A DNA stretch of 64,000 bases from an uncultured delta proteobacterium (GTDB taxonomy: Bacteria; Myxococcota_A; Polyangia; Fen-1088): contig CAVYGB010000002.1 in the NCBI GenBank assembly GCA_963767925.1, positions 448,001 to 512,000 of the forward strand, given 5' to 3'. The position numbers were made by a program, and so were the translations under genes. A model generated the notes under the pieces. The model was given only the letters and a program-made list of their open reading frames with translations, was not told the DNA's origin and ran no database searches. This document shows positions 60,707 to 64,000 of the stretch, in pieces; within the stretch, counting starts at the first letter, position 1, and the number at the start of each line of letters is the position of its first letter.

Positions 60707-64000
<3,294 letters not shown>

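Overview
A very GC-rich bacterial window whose gene content suggests Myxococcota (Cys-rich lipoproteins, Ser/Thr kinase, CheX, DUF4159 operon); the taxonomic call is inference. It mixes housekeeping genes (sucA-sucB, phoU, an ArsR/SahR-type regulator upstream of metH), secreted and surface proteins (lamin-tail/CotH kinase, PL6 lyase, TonB receptor, periplasmic binding protein), signalling genes and several patches of gene fragments and IS debris. No rRNA, tRNA or CRISPR array was seen. The main unexplained structures are: (1) a dispersed BoxC/REP-like palindromic repeat family, present as single copies, an inverted doublet and two tandem arrays (6 x 117/118 bp; 5 x 144 bp), sometimes next to truncated genes; (2) an exact 18-bp inverted IS-end-like pair flanking a 6.4-kb gene block; (3) a perfect 29-bp-arm palindrome inside a coding sequence; (4) a PhoU fused to an LMW-PTP/ArsC domain lacking its catalytic Cys; (5) a membrane-anchored CheA-like kinase without a CheW domain, next to CheX and a CheY-like receiver. 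The many single-base frameshifts in sucA, sucB, phoU, the ArsR gene and metH are most likely uncorrected long-read errors. All product calls come from motif recognition by eye, not database searches.
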